Of a stretch of DNA of 64,000 nt, positions 13,549 to 24,358 are shown in pieces. The notes under the pieces are model-generated. The model did no database searches. It saw nothing but the letters and a program-made list of their open reading frames with translations, and was not told where the DNA came from. The stretch spans positions 1,607,557-1,671,556 of the forward strand of contig CAJINV010000003.1 of NCBI GenBank assembly GCA_905178155.1. Direction: 5' to 3'. Source of the stretch: Amoebophrya sp. A120. Taxonomy: Eukaryota > Protista > Dinoflagellata. Numbering within the stretch: the stretch's first letter is position 1; every line of letters starts with the position of its first letter. The translations under genes and the position numbers were made by a program.

Positions 13549-15142
13549 ATGGTGTTACCTTGCGCAGCATCAACACCAGGAAGGTCGCAACCAATGCAGC
13601 TGGTGTTGTTGGCATGCTTGGCGGTGTTTGTCCACCGCTCCGTGGCTCACGGCAATCTCCGGCACGGCAGTACCACCAGCGTGGCGCTGGAGGCGTCCGG
13701 CGAGAGCTCCTCCGAGGATGCAGCCAGGATGTCGAAGGAGAAGGAAGCGGAACTCGCCTTGGTGAAGACCCTTGTCGGCATCAGTGAGCCGCGAATGGCC
13801 CAAGGAATCAACTCCCCCTTCGGCGCTGTACTGCCCCCATTCGCGGGGGCCCTGGTTCACAATGCGTTGCAGCCGGCAATCAGTGATGCGGGTTACGTGA
13901 TGTGGGAGCGAGAATTACACCAGGAACTGGAAGGGATGGAAAAAAATAACCGCTTGTGGAACGCGCAAGCGATCGCGGATTGGCGGGAGGGTAAGGCGGT
14001 TGCCAGGCTTGTGCCGGACGTGGAATTTTACTGGGACTTTCCCGGTCATAGAGTGGAGTACTTGCACTCTTTGGTGACCTTGTTGCAAACAAAACTCGAC
14101 ATCCACCGCAAATCCGGACCACCCGCTTTCCTGGTGTACCTGCTCGGCGACAGCTCTCTCGACAACAAGCACTGGCTGTACCCCAACGATTGGAGTAAGC
14201 CGGACTTCTTTTTGAACAAGAACAAACTCGACTTGACAAACACCGCCTTTACCGCCCCCGCGTGCAACCGCTACGAGCAGGTGCTCAGCCAACCAGCGCG
14301 AAGCGTGCAGGATGTGTGTTACTGGCTGAACCGCCGGGCCGCGGACCATGGTGCGCAGCTTTTGGAAACCGAGCCGACATCCGTATTTTTGCACACGCCG
14401 CATCTCTACTTCGTCAACGCCGCGGTGGAGGCGTCCACCCTCGCCATGTGCCACAGCACTTTGCTGCCCCAGGACCAGGTTGTCGCGGACCGCGTGACGC
14501 CGGACGACGTTCTCGTCGTTTCTGTGGGTCACAACGACATGGCTTTTTACCGCACCCGCGACGTCGAGCACGTGCTGAAACACGGCACCACCGACGACAA
14601 GGTGGCACGGATGGCGGTCGAGCTTTTTCACGATGTGTACAAACGCAATTTAGAAGCCTATCTGAACAAGGTTTTGGACGGAAAGCGATGCAAGCTTCTC
14701 GTCGTTTGTATGTTGTACAACCTCGATGAGAACGACAACCAAGACGACGACTGGAGCCTTTTGAATGGCGTCGAACCGATGTACGCAAAAATCGGGTTCC
14801 GCAAAAATCCGGAGCTCAAGCGCCGTTTCAAGGTCGCGCTGCACGCCGTCTTTGAAGCCTTGATCTCGAAGGTGCAGGTGGCGAACGAGGACAAAGTGGT
14901 TCCGCTGGAGCTGTCGAGAGCGCTCGACGGAACGGATACAACCATGTACGAACTTATGAAAGCGAAATCTTGCGTCACAGTCACATCCGAGACGTTTTGC
15001 AAGGCGTTTGGCCTTACAAAACGCCTCTGGTGTGGCTGTGACGCAAGATTTCGCTTTCATAGAACTGCGGAACGAGCCCAGCGTCCTGGGCGGCAAGGCG
15101 ATGTCCAGCTTGATCTTTGATACCATCATGGAAAACTTGTAA
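13549..15142 (+). CDS. Uncharacterised SGNH/GDSL-like hydrolase, possibly secreted; 2 exons
   Basis: Motifs YLLGDSSLDNKHW, VNAAVEASTL, LVVSVGHND and VCMLYNLDE, with a hydrophobic N-terminal segment. Removing the 112-nt introner gives the C-terminus MYELRNEPSVLGGKAMSSLIFDTIMENL* (TAA 15140-15142). Confidence 0.7.
14955..15061. mobile_element. Minimal hairpin introner
   Basis: 107-nt element that is almost entirely one inverted repeat (tatgaaagcgaaatcttgcgtcacag...ctgtgacgcaagatttcgctttcata), flanked by the direct repeat gaact. Confidence 0.9.
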
Positions 15143-16257
15143 GTGTCATCGTAGAAGAAATCGATGCGACTGGAAGATACCGCAGCACAAGTTTTAGGGT
15201 AGCTGTTGAATCAGTAGAAAGTTGTCTCCAAGATGAACAATGAATGTAGTACGCGGCCGTGGCTATAAGCAAGACGCACAACCCTGACTATGTAAATGTA
15301 TCCCGACAAGCTGCTCCAGCTTAAGCAATTTTTTAAAAGTGCGGAACTTGTGCTCGTTGCAAGGAAACTATGTTTGTGTATGATGGACGAGAAATGAAAA
15401 AAAGAACATCAAAACAGACCCACATCCTCTTCAATCACACCTGATACAGATGAAATCAACCTAGAATGTGAATGTGAATGTGTATTGTCAAAGATTGTGT
15501 GGCAGAAGCAGAATTTCATCCATCTATTGCAATTCACTTGGCAATAAAGGCAAAAGCAGAATCCGCGCTCAAAATCGGCAGTCAATCTGTCAGAGGGCGT
15601 GTATGCCGTAATTTTTCTTTTCGATCATGATCTGATGCAGTTCATGTCCATGTGACGATCTGGAAGCCCAGCTACACCTACAGTGCTCATCCGGTAACGG
15701 TGGCACCGGAGCAAATAAAGGATCTCGTTCTTGGTTGCCGCCCCCGCATCTGGGCCCAGGCTCTTTTCTCGTAAAAGATCATATTATCAAGTTTTTCGCT
15801 GTCGATGTTGTACGTATTTTTTTAATGATTTCTAATTCTATCGCGCAGATGAGTGAAAAAATATATAAGGAGGTGGCCCTGGTGTTGCGGGCCGAGAGCT
15901 TGATGGAAGAATGTAGCTAGGAGAATCATTCAAGTGATCCGGTGTGTATTGAGACACAACGGACTTTACTTATTGCTGCGCACCGTAGGTAGAGGACTAT
16001 TTCTACTTCTTCTTTGCTCCCGCTCGTGGCATGATCTGCTGTGCTCACGGTGCATTTCATTTATACACTTTTACTTTTTTGTTTTTTCCAATGTTAGAGA
16101 TAGTGATAGAGGCTTGCGCTCGACGTTTCACCTGTGTAGAAGCGACGTGGTGCTCTCATACCCCAAGAGCAGAGCTACAACAATCATGCTAGTAGTGCCG
16201 ACGGCGATGGCCCGGGTGAAGTAGACGTCCAGCTGAAGTAAGAAATTGACAGACAAC

Positions 16258-19200
16258 ATGAAAAATTGCGAGGCGTCAGAACCTCCTCCAGCGGATCATG
16301 AGGCGATACGCTTTCACATTCCGCGCACGGATACTCTGGAAGAGGTTTTGCGAGGTGGTGGCACATCCAGTAGTCAACCGGCCGATCTTCATCAGGACAG
16401 GAACCGACGTGCGGAGGACATCACGGAACACAGCCAGAATTGCGGATCTAGTTCTCTCTTGTCAGACAGTCTTCCAGCGAGTATTGCGCAATATTCTTCG
16501 ACTGGTGCGAGGCGCGACGAAGCAATCCATCAGCATCATCCGTCAGACGGCAAGACGAGTGATGTTTGCAGCCAGCATGGGACAACTCACACAAGAGAAG
16601 CGGCCTGCACTGCTCCTCCCGGCAGCAACGACACGGTCAGCCCACCAGTGGACCGGAAAAACTATAACATTATACCAGCAGGTTGTTCTGGCATGAGCGC
16701 GTCAACAAGCGTAAACCACGACCGCGGAGAGATGCTGATGCGCGGCGCCGATTCATCAAATGGTCACCCTCACCACCGCTCCATCGCACCGTCGCTGACT
16801 GCTTCGCCAACTGCGAGTGCAAGCAGCAGCTGTTTTGGGCCGTCGAAAACGTCAGCTGGAGGTGGGTACCATGCTCAAGAACAGTTCCACCAAGTCCAAG
16901 GGCAACAAGGGATCCCGACCTCGTCAGCCAACACGACACATAACCTTCAACAGCGGAACACTCTGCAGGAGCGCACCACGCCGGCGATGTTGTCGCACCG
17001 AACAGGATCAAAAAGCAACCTGGTAGCTGCGTATAATGCACAACATGATGTTGTAGCGAATCTACATCAAGCGGTGAACAACAAGGCCGCGGGGGGTGTT
17101 TATGCACAACAAGCTACTTCGGCGGCCGCAAGGACGACTAGAGGTACTGTTGGGCCACCTCTGGGAGGAGCAGGTACTACACCTATGTCCTCCTCGTCGT
17201 CTGCCTCTGGTGGGTACGCTCAAGCGCACCATCACCAGCAACAGCACTACCACCGGGAGAATCAAATTCTTGATTTCGGCACGTGCTCCGCAGCCGCGTC
17301 GGTGTCTAGCCGTGCAGAACAACGGCCAAAAATCAAAAAGGTCCCGCAACTGGGCGCGGAATCAAGGATGCGGCTGCTGGGCCGACGGGAGAAGAACAAA
17401 AACTCTCCGAAAATGAGTACACAAATGACAAACCACACGACGTCGGCGCTGACTACAGCAGGAGCTGGTCTTCTGGGCGGGCCCAGCACGTCGTTCCACG
17501 GAGGTAGTAGCTCTTCCAGTGGTGCGGGAGCAGCTGGACCACCCTACCACGGTACGATGAAAATGAAACACAGCGAGTCGTCGCAACAGCTCGCACGAAC
17601 GCATTCTGTACGGTCGAACTGCACCAAAATAGCCAAAACCTTCAGTGCATCACCCAGCTCCAGCGTGACCACAAGCAGACGCGGCGGCGGAGGTGGAGGG
17701 CCCGCAAGCAGCGTGGGGGGCAACACCGTGACCTCCAACGTCGCCAATCAGCTAGGGCGTTCAACATCTTGCTCCTACACGAACGGTAAGTCCTCGTCGC
17801 TTTGGAACTTTCCAGCATTGCCCGGCGGGGGGCCATTATCTCACCCGAGAACCCCGAGCGAACAAATAACCTACGACCAACATCTGTTACAAACCGAGCA
17901 AGAATCACCGATGTCCAGCCTGAAGAACTACCAGCAGAAACTAACTACGTCCACCCAGCATATTAATTATCTCCAGGCAGGTACTCGCACCGCAACATCG
18001 AGCCGTGCGAGCAGCATAACTGCGCATCACCAGGCAAGAAACTACGGACAACATGGGCAACGAGGTTGCGCTGGAATTAAGGGCGGCGGCGCGATGTTGG
18101 TGGATCCAAGTGACGGTGATGCAGGGTCGTCAACCTATCGCGCCATGATTGAGGCCTCCGGGACGTCGCCCGACCTGTTAGTACAACGACCCCATCATCA
18201 TGACGAAAGCAGGCAGCGTCGCGATAATTATTACGTCGGCGACCACTCGGACGACGAACGCGGAACCGAGGAACGGCTCCTCGTGCGCGGCACGACGCAC
18301 CAGCACAACGCGGACGGATCGGGGCTATCTTCCGGCATGTTATCCGACAACCTGAGCACCTCGGAGGATGACCTTCCGCCCGCGATTCATCAGAAGCCAG
18401 CAAGGGGCGGGACCAGCACCACAACGTCGAAGCGCAAGAACGGCAGTAGAGTGTTGAAAACTAAACAGCAACTCTCTACCGCTCGCTCCACGTCGCTAGC
18501 TCGGACCTGGTCTTCTAGCAAGAATGCAGCTTCCACCTCTCACGCACAGTCTGCCACCACCTCGAAGAACCCGAGTGTAAGGGGTACCGAAAATGCGGGG
18601 GCAGAAGCTGCGGACGAAGGTCCTCGGAATGACGAATCTTCCGGGCACGTGGTCGCACCAGGTTGTTCGCGAGATTTCAAGTTCTTCGCTCGGAAACCAC
18701 GAGATTTGGGTGCTGCGCCAGATGGTGCACCCCGCCCCGGGGAACGGTATTACGGCGGTGCGATGGTGCACGGAGACGGCGGCCCAGTCGTTGCCGGCGA
18801 TTCGGCCCGGCAGAACAAGAACCGCCTGCATTCAGATTCAGGTTCATTTATTTGCGCTCCGGATGAGCATGCAATTATGAACAGGGACACCGAAACCAGC
18901 ACCAGCAGGCCGCCGGGCGGGCGAGACGGTGCGCGTAAAAATATGCCGACCACTTCTATCATGGAGCCTGATCTGCAAAATCCCTGCGAGAGCCACCTTT
19001 TCTACGGCATCAAAGAATCGGAGGAAGAAAACGAACAGGATGTTGAAGACGACCCATTACTGCATGGTGGCGAGGGACTCGGGGGAGAAATTCTTCGTGG
19101 AGCGGCTGTGCAACGGAAAAATCTTGACCGCCCAGAGCCGCATCTTAACGCAACAAGAGATCTTCAATTGCGCGACGACGAAGAGAACGACGACAGAAAC

Positions 19201-22200
19201 CTCTGCGACCTTGCAGAAGACGAAAACGAAACGGACGCGGAGGACGAAGACGTCAACGAGGAGTTCGAAGCTGGCGAGGAAGCGGCCAATTTTGCTGGCG
19301 AGGATGGTTGTAATGAGAATGGCAGCGAGGTTGAGGAGGCGACGGAGCACGAAGACGAGGAAGAGGATGACGAGTTCGAAATCCCCCCCGAGCACCTCAA
19401 TATTTGCCGCGCAAACCGCCCGCACGGCAGATTGCTCATTGACATGTTCCACACGCTGCTGGATCAACCGACGCCGCGCCTTTTATCACTCGTCTCTATC
19501 ATTTACATCGCGCACTACCTGCTCTTTGCATTCGTCTACGTGCTGCTGGATTTTCTCCCACGAACAGAGTTGCTCCTTTTACTCAGCGACGCTTGGTTCC
19601 ATGTCTCGGACACTTCTTCGCCGCACGACACTCCTAAGGTGAACTCAGCGGCCGGGGTAACTACAACAAGCGTGATAAGCAATAGCGCCACTGCTTCCAG
19701 CACGACAGGACTGACCACTGGTGGAATAGCTGCGGCTGCTCTTGCCCCCGCGGCCAGAGATGAATCTACTACCAGTGCCGCGTCAGGCTACTGTAATCTG
19801 GGTTTCCAGCCGGGCTGGAAGGCCTGGGTGGATGCCATGTACCTTTCCATCGAGACGTCCGCGACCATGGGGTTCGGCGCGAAGGACCCCTACTTCGGTC
19901 ACTGCATGGGGATGTGGGTTGTCTTGTCCCTGCAAATGCTGATCTCCATTCTGCTAGACTCCCTGATCATTGCCATGCTTTTTACCAGGCTCGCGCGCGG
20001 GAAGCAGCGGGCCGCGACGGTGCTGTTTTCGCGGAAGGCCTGCATCGTGCAGACCAAACGCGGGGAGCTGTACTTCCTCGTACAGATCGGCGAGCTCCGG
20101 GCGAGCCAGCTCCAAAACTGCACGGTGAAGGCCTTCATGGTGCGGCAAAACGAGTGCGGCGACATGATTACGGACTCGCTGCGCCTGCAGAACCCAGATG
20201 ACACCCTGCCCATGAATCTGTGGCTGGCCTTGCCAAACGTCATTGTGCATCGAATCGACGCGTGGAGCCCCTTTCTTCCCCCGCTCGATCGGGAAAGCTT
20301 GGACGGGGGTATTCACCAACAGAAAGCCAAGCCTGGAACTGCTGGATCCGAGGAAGCGGAGCAGGCGCTCGATAGAGATAGTGCGACGAGAGGACAAGAA
20401 CTTCTAGCGGCAGCTGGTGATCCTGAAGTTCTTGTTGGAAACAACGATGGAAATAATTCTATCAGAGACACGACTCGTTCGAACAAGCCGAGCGGCCCAC
20501 AACAGGACCACGCTATGGCGACAACGCGCCAAGGCATGACGCAGTCACAGTTTCACGACAGCAGCGGCAAGTGCGGAGGAGCGGTACTGCCAGAATGTGG
20601 TGCGCATAGCAGTGCCGACGGAGTTGGTGGCCAACACCGCAATGTTCCCGCTGCAACTAACGAAATTTCTGCGAGTTGCACAACGCATTCCACTGTCTCA
20701 CCGTCTTCGGACCGAATCGACCCAACGCAGCAGCCTGGACGAGAGCAGACGCAGAAGGACCACGACGGCGTGCATGATTTACGCTACAGTTCTTGTGCAG
20801 GTGGAGATGTTACCACTGGGTCTAACGGGCGCAACGACCAAACGACCCGTGACAGCAGGATGGTAGCTCCTGTGGTAGATCATGGGCGACATCATCAAAA
20901 GGGACACCAACAACGTGGCGCAACTGAGCTACAAAACTCGGATGATGAGAACGAAGGAGACGAAGAAGACGCGGAGGGGAGGGAGCCACTCTTGTACGGT
21001 GGCGGGGAGGGCGAAGAGGTTTTTTTTCGCCGCCGCTTACGATTACAGAAGTTGCACGACCGCGGCCAGCTCGTGGATGCCGATACCATGGAAGAGTGGC
21101 GGAAACGAAAGAAGAAGGAGCTTCGCAAAAAGAACACCTTAGGCCGTGAAGCCTCGTTTTCCCGGCTCGCGAATGCGCTGCAGCAACCTCTGCTTGCGAA
21201 TTGTTCATCGTCATCTTCCCCTGCCGGTGATAGTTGCTCACTTTCGGCACCATTGCTGCAACAACCTGCAGTTGAGGTAGAGAGGGGTCGACGTGCAGAT
21301 GGAGCGACGGTGTTGCCAAACGATAATGAAAATTCGGCGGACCTCCGTTTGGACTTGGAGAGTACAACGGGAACAAATAGATTGACAGCGAGAGCAGGAG
21401 CAACCTCCGACGCAATTGAGAATGGAACTGGAAACACAAACAGCGCTTACAACTCTTCTCATGGCTACACACCACCAAACGCGGTCTTAAATTCTTTCCC
21501 TGCAGCTCCACCCCACGTAGAAGTGCTGCCCTCACCCCCGGCGACCGCCACACTCGCCCAAACCGCGGCCCAGCCGCTGAGCTCCTGCTCCATTCCGGAG
21601 CTTGGTGTTCTTCCTAGTGGTAATGTAGCAGCGCACCATCCGCAGCAGCCCGCCTCCGGTGTGGTCGTACCCATGACGACCACGCTGCCGGGTCTAAACA
21701 GCACCAGCGTCATTCCGGACCCCGCTGCGGGGCCTGCTTTGGAGAAACCTTTGACCCGACGGGCGGCGCTTTTGTACGACCACCCCTTTCTTGTGGCAAA
21801 GGCCGAGCGCCACGGGTGGTCGTGTCGGCTGCCCTGGGCCGGGAGTTTGCGTGAGCGGGTGCAAGATGCGGAGAACGGCACCCGGACGGGCTTTGTGTGC
21901 ACCGCCTGCGGACGCGGCTTTCACTCCCGCGACGGCTTGATGCGGCATTGCCTCTACAAAGTGGAAATTGCTCGTCCAGTTGAGAAGCACTCGACGAGGA
22001 TGAAGCCAGGAGCAGGAGAACAAATAACCAGTACGACCCTTGCTGGTCACGGAGCTCCACTGCAGCCGCCGCTCGAAGATCACCACGCGTCGCGACAGGC
22101 GCATTTCAAGGCGGTCAAGCGAAAGTGCATCGTGCAGTCGTGCGAAGACGAGGCCCACCGGTCGCTCCTGGGCGAGCTCCTCCAGCACCAACAGAACAAG

Positions 22201-22830
22201 ATGCGAGGAAGTCCGTTGGTGGTACTCCCGAGCAATCAAATCGTAGCTTGTAGTTCCACGGCAACATCGATTGATATGACTGCGGCAAAGCGCGAGGCGC
22301 GGTCGACGACGGCCTTCGTTGGAAGCACCGGTTTTGAATGTGCAGCTACGCAGATGTCGCAAACAACAACTGGGACAAGAACTACAAGCGTGGGCAAGCC
22401 AGATCAACATCTTCAGGGCGGGTCTTTTGTCGCCCAGTCACAACAACTGACGAATCGTTCTCGCCAGCCACAACTGACGAATTTGGCTAGCACCGCTCCT
22501 CGCGGTAAGAACGACCAAAGTTCAGAAAAGAAACCCATGATGAAGAAACCGCCGCTGAGAAAGATTTTGGAGCACTACTTGCAGACGAAGTGGGTGGAAG
22601 TCTTAGTGGTGCTCGACGGGAACGAACCGACCACGGGGCATGCGGTGGAAGCGCGCCAAAGCTACCGTCAGCAGGACATCGTCTGGGATCAGGTTTTTTC
22701 CCCCTGCGTCACCACCACCTTCGACGACGCAACCGGAACGCGCTCGGCGCTGCTGGATTTCAAGAAGTTTCACAAGCTTCGCCCCTTCGATGGGCGAGTG
22801 GAGGATTTGAAATTGCAGAGTTACCTCTGA
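16258..22830 (+). CDS. Inward-rectifier (Kir-type) potassium channel, about 2,190 aa, single ORF
   Basis: DMFHTLLD slide helix, TM1, pore YLSIETSATMGFG, TM2 (LQMLISILLDSLIIAMLFTRLAR), VLFSRKACI, LPNVIVHRIDAWSPF, EVLVVLDGNEPTTG, ARQSY, IVWDQVF and DFKKFH. First ATG at 16258. Confidence 0.92.
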   Translation: MKNCEASEPPPADHEAIRFHIPRTDTLEEVLRGGGTSSSQPADLHQDRNRRAEDITEHSQNCGSSSLLSDSLPASIAQYSSTGARRDEAIHQHHPSDGKTSDVCSQHGTTHTREAACTAPPGSNDTVSPPVDRKNYNIIPAGCSGMSASTSVNHDRGEMLMRGADSSNGHPHHRSIAPSLTASPTASASSSCFGPSKTSAGGGYHAQEQFHQVQGQQGIPTSSANTTHNLQQRNTLQERTTPAMLSHRTGSKSNLVAAYNAQHDVVANLHQAVNNKAAGGVYAQQATSAAARTTRGTVGPPLGGAGTTPMSSSSSASGGYAQAHHHQQQHYHRENQILDFGTCSAAASVSSRAEQRPKIKKVPQLGAESRMRLLGRREKNKNSPKMSTQMTNHTTSALTTAGAGLLGGPSTSFHGGSSSSSGAGAAGPPYHGTMKMKHSESSQQLARTHSVRSNCTKIAKTFSASPSSSVTTSRRGGGGGGPASSVGGNTVTSNVANQLGRSTSCSYTNGKSSSLWNFPALPGGGPLSHPRTPSEQITYDQHLLQTEQESPMSSLKNYQQKLTTSTQHINYLQAGTRTATSSRASSITAHHQARNYGQHGQRGCAGIKGGGAMLVDPSDGDAGSSTYRAMIEASGTSPDLLVQRPHHHDESRQRRDNYYVGDHSDDERGTEERLLVRGTTHQHNADGSGLSSGMLSDNLSTSEDDLPPAIHQKPARGGTSTTTSKRKNGSRVLKTKQQLSTARSTSLARTWSSSKNAASTSHAQSATTSKNPSVRGTENAGAEAADEGPRNDESSGHVVAPGCSRDFKFFARKPRDLGAAPDGAPRPGERYYGGAMVHGDGGPVVAGDSARQNKNRLHSDSGSFICAPDEHAIMNRDTETSTSRPPGGRDGARKNMPTTSIMEPDLQNPCESHLFYGIKESEEENEQDVEDDPLLHGGEGLGGEILRGAAVQRKNLDRPEPHLNATRDLQLRDDEENDDRNLCDLAEDENETDAEDEDVNEEFEAGEEAANFAGEDGCNENGSEVEEATEHEDEEEDDEFEIPPEHLNICRANRPHGRLLIDMFHTLLDQPTPRLLSLVSIIYIAHYLLFAFVYVLLDFLPRTELLLLLSDAWFHVSDTSSPHDTPKVNSAAGVTTTSVISNSATASSTTGLTTGGIAAAALAPAARDESTTSAASGYCNLGFQPGWKAWVDAMYLSIETSATMGFGAKDPYFGHCMGMWVVLSLQMLISILLDSLIIAMLFTRLARGKQRAATVLFSRKACIVQTKRGELYFLVQIGELRASQLQNCTVKAFMVRQNECGDMITDSLRLQNPDDTLPMNLWLALPNVIVHRIDAWSPFLPPLDRESLDGGIHQQKAKPGTAGSEEAEQALDRDSATRGQELLAAAGDPEVLVGNNDGNNSIRDTTRSNKPSGPQQDHAMATTRQGMTQSQFHDSSGKCGGAVLPECGAHSSADGVGGQHRNVPAATNEISASCTTHSTVSPSSDRIDPTQQPGREQTQKDHDGVHDLRYSSCAGGDVTTGSNGRNDQTTRDSRMVAPVVDHGRHHQKGHQQRGATELQNSDDENEGDEEDAEGREPLLYGGGEGEEVFFRRRLRLQKLHDRGQLVDADTMEEWRKRKKKELRKKNTLGREASFSRLANALQQPLLANCSSSSSPAGDSCSLSAPLLQQPAVEVERGRRADGATVLPNDNENSADLRLDLESTTGTNRLTARAGATSDAIENGTGNTNSAYNSSHGYTPPNAVLNSFPAAPPHVEVLPSPPATATLAQTAAQPLSSCSIPELGVLPSGNVAAHHPQQPASGVVVPMTTTLPGLNSTSVIPDPAAGPALEKPLTRRAALLYDHPFLVAKAERHGWSCRLPWAGSLRERVQDAENGTRTGFVCTACGRGFHSRDGLMRHCLYKVEIARPVEKHSTRMKPGAGEQITSTTLAGHGAPLQPPLEDHHASRQAHFKAVKRKCIVQSCEDEAHRSLLGELLQHQQNKMRGSPLVVLPSNQIVACSSTATSIDMTAAKREARSTTAFVGSTGFECAATQMSQTTTGTRTTSVGKPDQHLQGGSFVAQSQQLTNRSRQPQLTNLASTAPRGKNDQSSEKKPMMKKPPLRKILEHYLQTKWVEVLVVLDGNEPTTGHAVEARQSYRQQDIVWDQVFSPCVTTTFDDATGTRSALLDFKKFHKLRPFDGRVEDLKLQSYL

Positions 22831-23701
22831 CGCAGCAAAATGATCGGGCATACGTACTCTGCAAAGCCGGGTGCTGTGTCTTCGTTGTTGGGGTGACAAA
22901 GAGCCAAATCGATGTGCTGTAGTATACTGGACTTCAGCGAATCTGGTCTACATGCTAGCGCTGACAAACACAAACGACTTTCGACAGCATAGCCAAATGC
23001 GTGTCACTTTTTGCTTTGAGTTTCCGAGGATCTTGAAAAGGCTCGACCTGTTACATACTTACAGTCACACTTCTCAGGTAATAAAACCCTTTTGTTCTTG
23101 TTTTGCTTTTCTTTTTTCTCGTCATCAAAAGTGGTAAACTACCTAGAAGTGCGGTCGCTATCGTGTTTATCGCGTTGCTTAGTTGCTGTACTGCTACTAG
23201 CAAGGTCGCCGAGATCTGAAAGAGGGAAGAGCGACGAGCGCGAGCGTTTGTGTTCGTTGTCGTACTAAAGTATAACCTCTCAGGCGCGGCAATCGTGGTG
23301 GTGGCGCACCGGAACTACACTTGATGCGTTTGCACGGTCGCGAGGTGGATATGCATTACGCACACGTCGAGAGGGTGACCGTGTCGCAAAACTAGCGAAA
23401 TAAGTGCTTCTCAAAGTAGTGCCTTTTACTTGCTTTTAATAATCGTGGCCCACTCATTCTCAGCGGGAACGTCGCTTGTCGCCTCGTCCGTTCTCACCTG
23501 CATTCAAGATGTCCGCAAACTTCACTGTCCTCATAGAAGAGACGTTGGACTTGAAAATGAAGAAAGACAAAGAGGAACTTGAAATGCATAAATGAATAAA
23601 GATTTTTTCCAGAGAAGAAGAACAAGAAGATGAGCGCGGAGTTGTAGCTCTATGGACCACGACCTGTTCGTGCAGAACGAGGTTGGACCAAGAGAAGCAA
23701 A

Positions 23702-24358
23702 ATGTCTGCCCCGGTGTTGATATCGATCTCTGACATCGAATCTCCGGACAACGCAGAGGAGGGGTTCTTTTTCGCGGACTCCCACGCGCACGAGGAGGAG
23801 CGGTTCACCAGGCTCGTGGCGTCTCTCGCAACCCTGGCCTTGCTGCTCTCCTTGATGGTGAGCGCACTGCTCTCCGTGCACGTACTGCGGAGGATGTTTC
23901 GGGTGCAGCGGACCCGCGGAGGCCTCCTCACCGAGGACGAAGACAATTTTTCAGTGTGGTCGGATGAGCCTCTGTCTCTGTCACCCCCGCCACCTCGGTC
24001 CAGCGACCCGAACGAGGGCGGTTTATCCGGGAAGATGTTTGGTGCATCAACTACCCGGGGCGAGGGAGAAGGACAGCGCGAGGACGTTGTGCTGGATCGT
24101 GGGTCCACGAGCTTGTCGCCGTTCACGAACCCGGGGGAGTGGCGCGCAATCGTGTGCGGGAACACCGTGGCGAACAAGGAAGTGCGTGTGCTGACCGAGG
24201 CCGAAGAAAAAGCTGCGAAGCGGCGCCGGTCAGCGAGGAAAAGCAACAGGGCGCTGCAAGGAAAGGACAACTACACCGTGCAGTGGAAAGCGTTTGAGCC
24301 AGCGGGACCCCGAGGTGTTGCACACTGCGAAACATGGATTGAGTACGAGCAGGACTGA
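23702..24358 (+). CDS. Hypothetical single-pass membrane protein; may continue in an exon near 24600-25058
   Basis: 218-aa ATG-initiated ORF on the co-oriented strand with one hydrophobic helix (LVASLATLALLLSLMVSALLSV). No family recognised. Confidence 0.35.
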   Translation: MSAPVLISISDIESPDNAEEGFFFADSHAHEEERFTRLVASLATLALLLSLMVSALLSVHVLRRMFRVQRTRGGLLTEDEDNFSVWSDEPLSLSPPPPRSSDPNEGGLSGKMFGASTTRGEGEGQREDVVLDRGSTSLSPFTNPGEWRAIVCGNTVANKEVRVLTEAEEKAAKRRRSARKSNRALQGKDNYTVQWKAFEPAGPRGVAHCETWIEYEQD

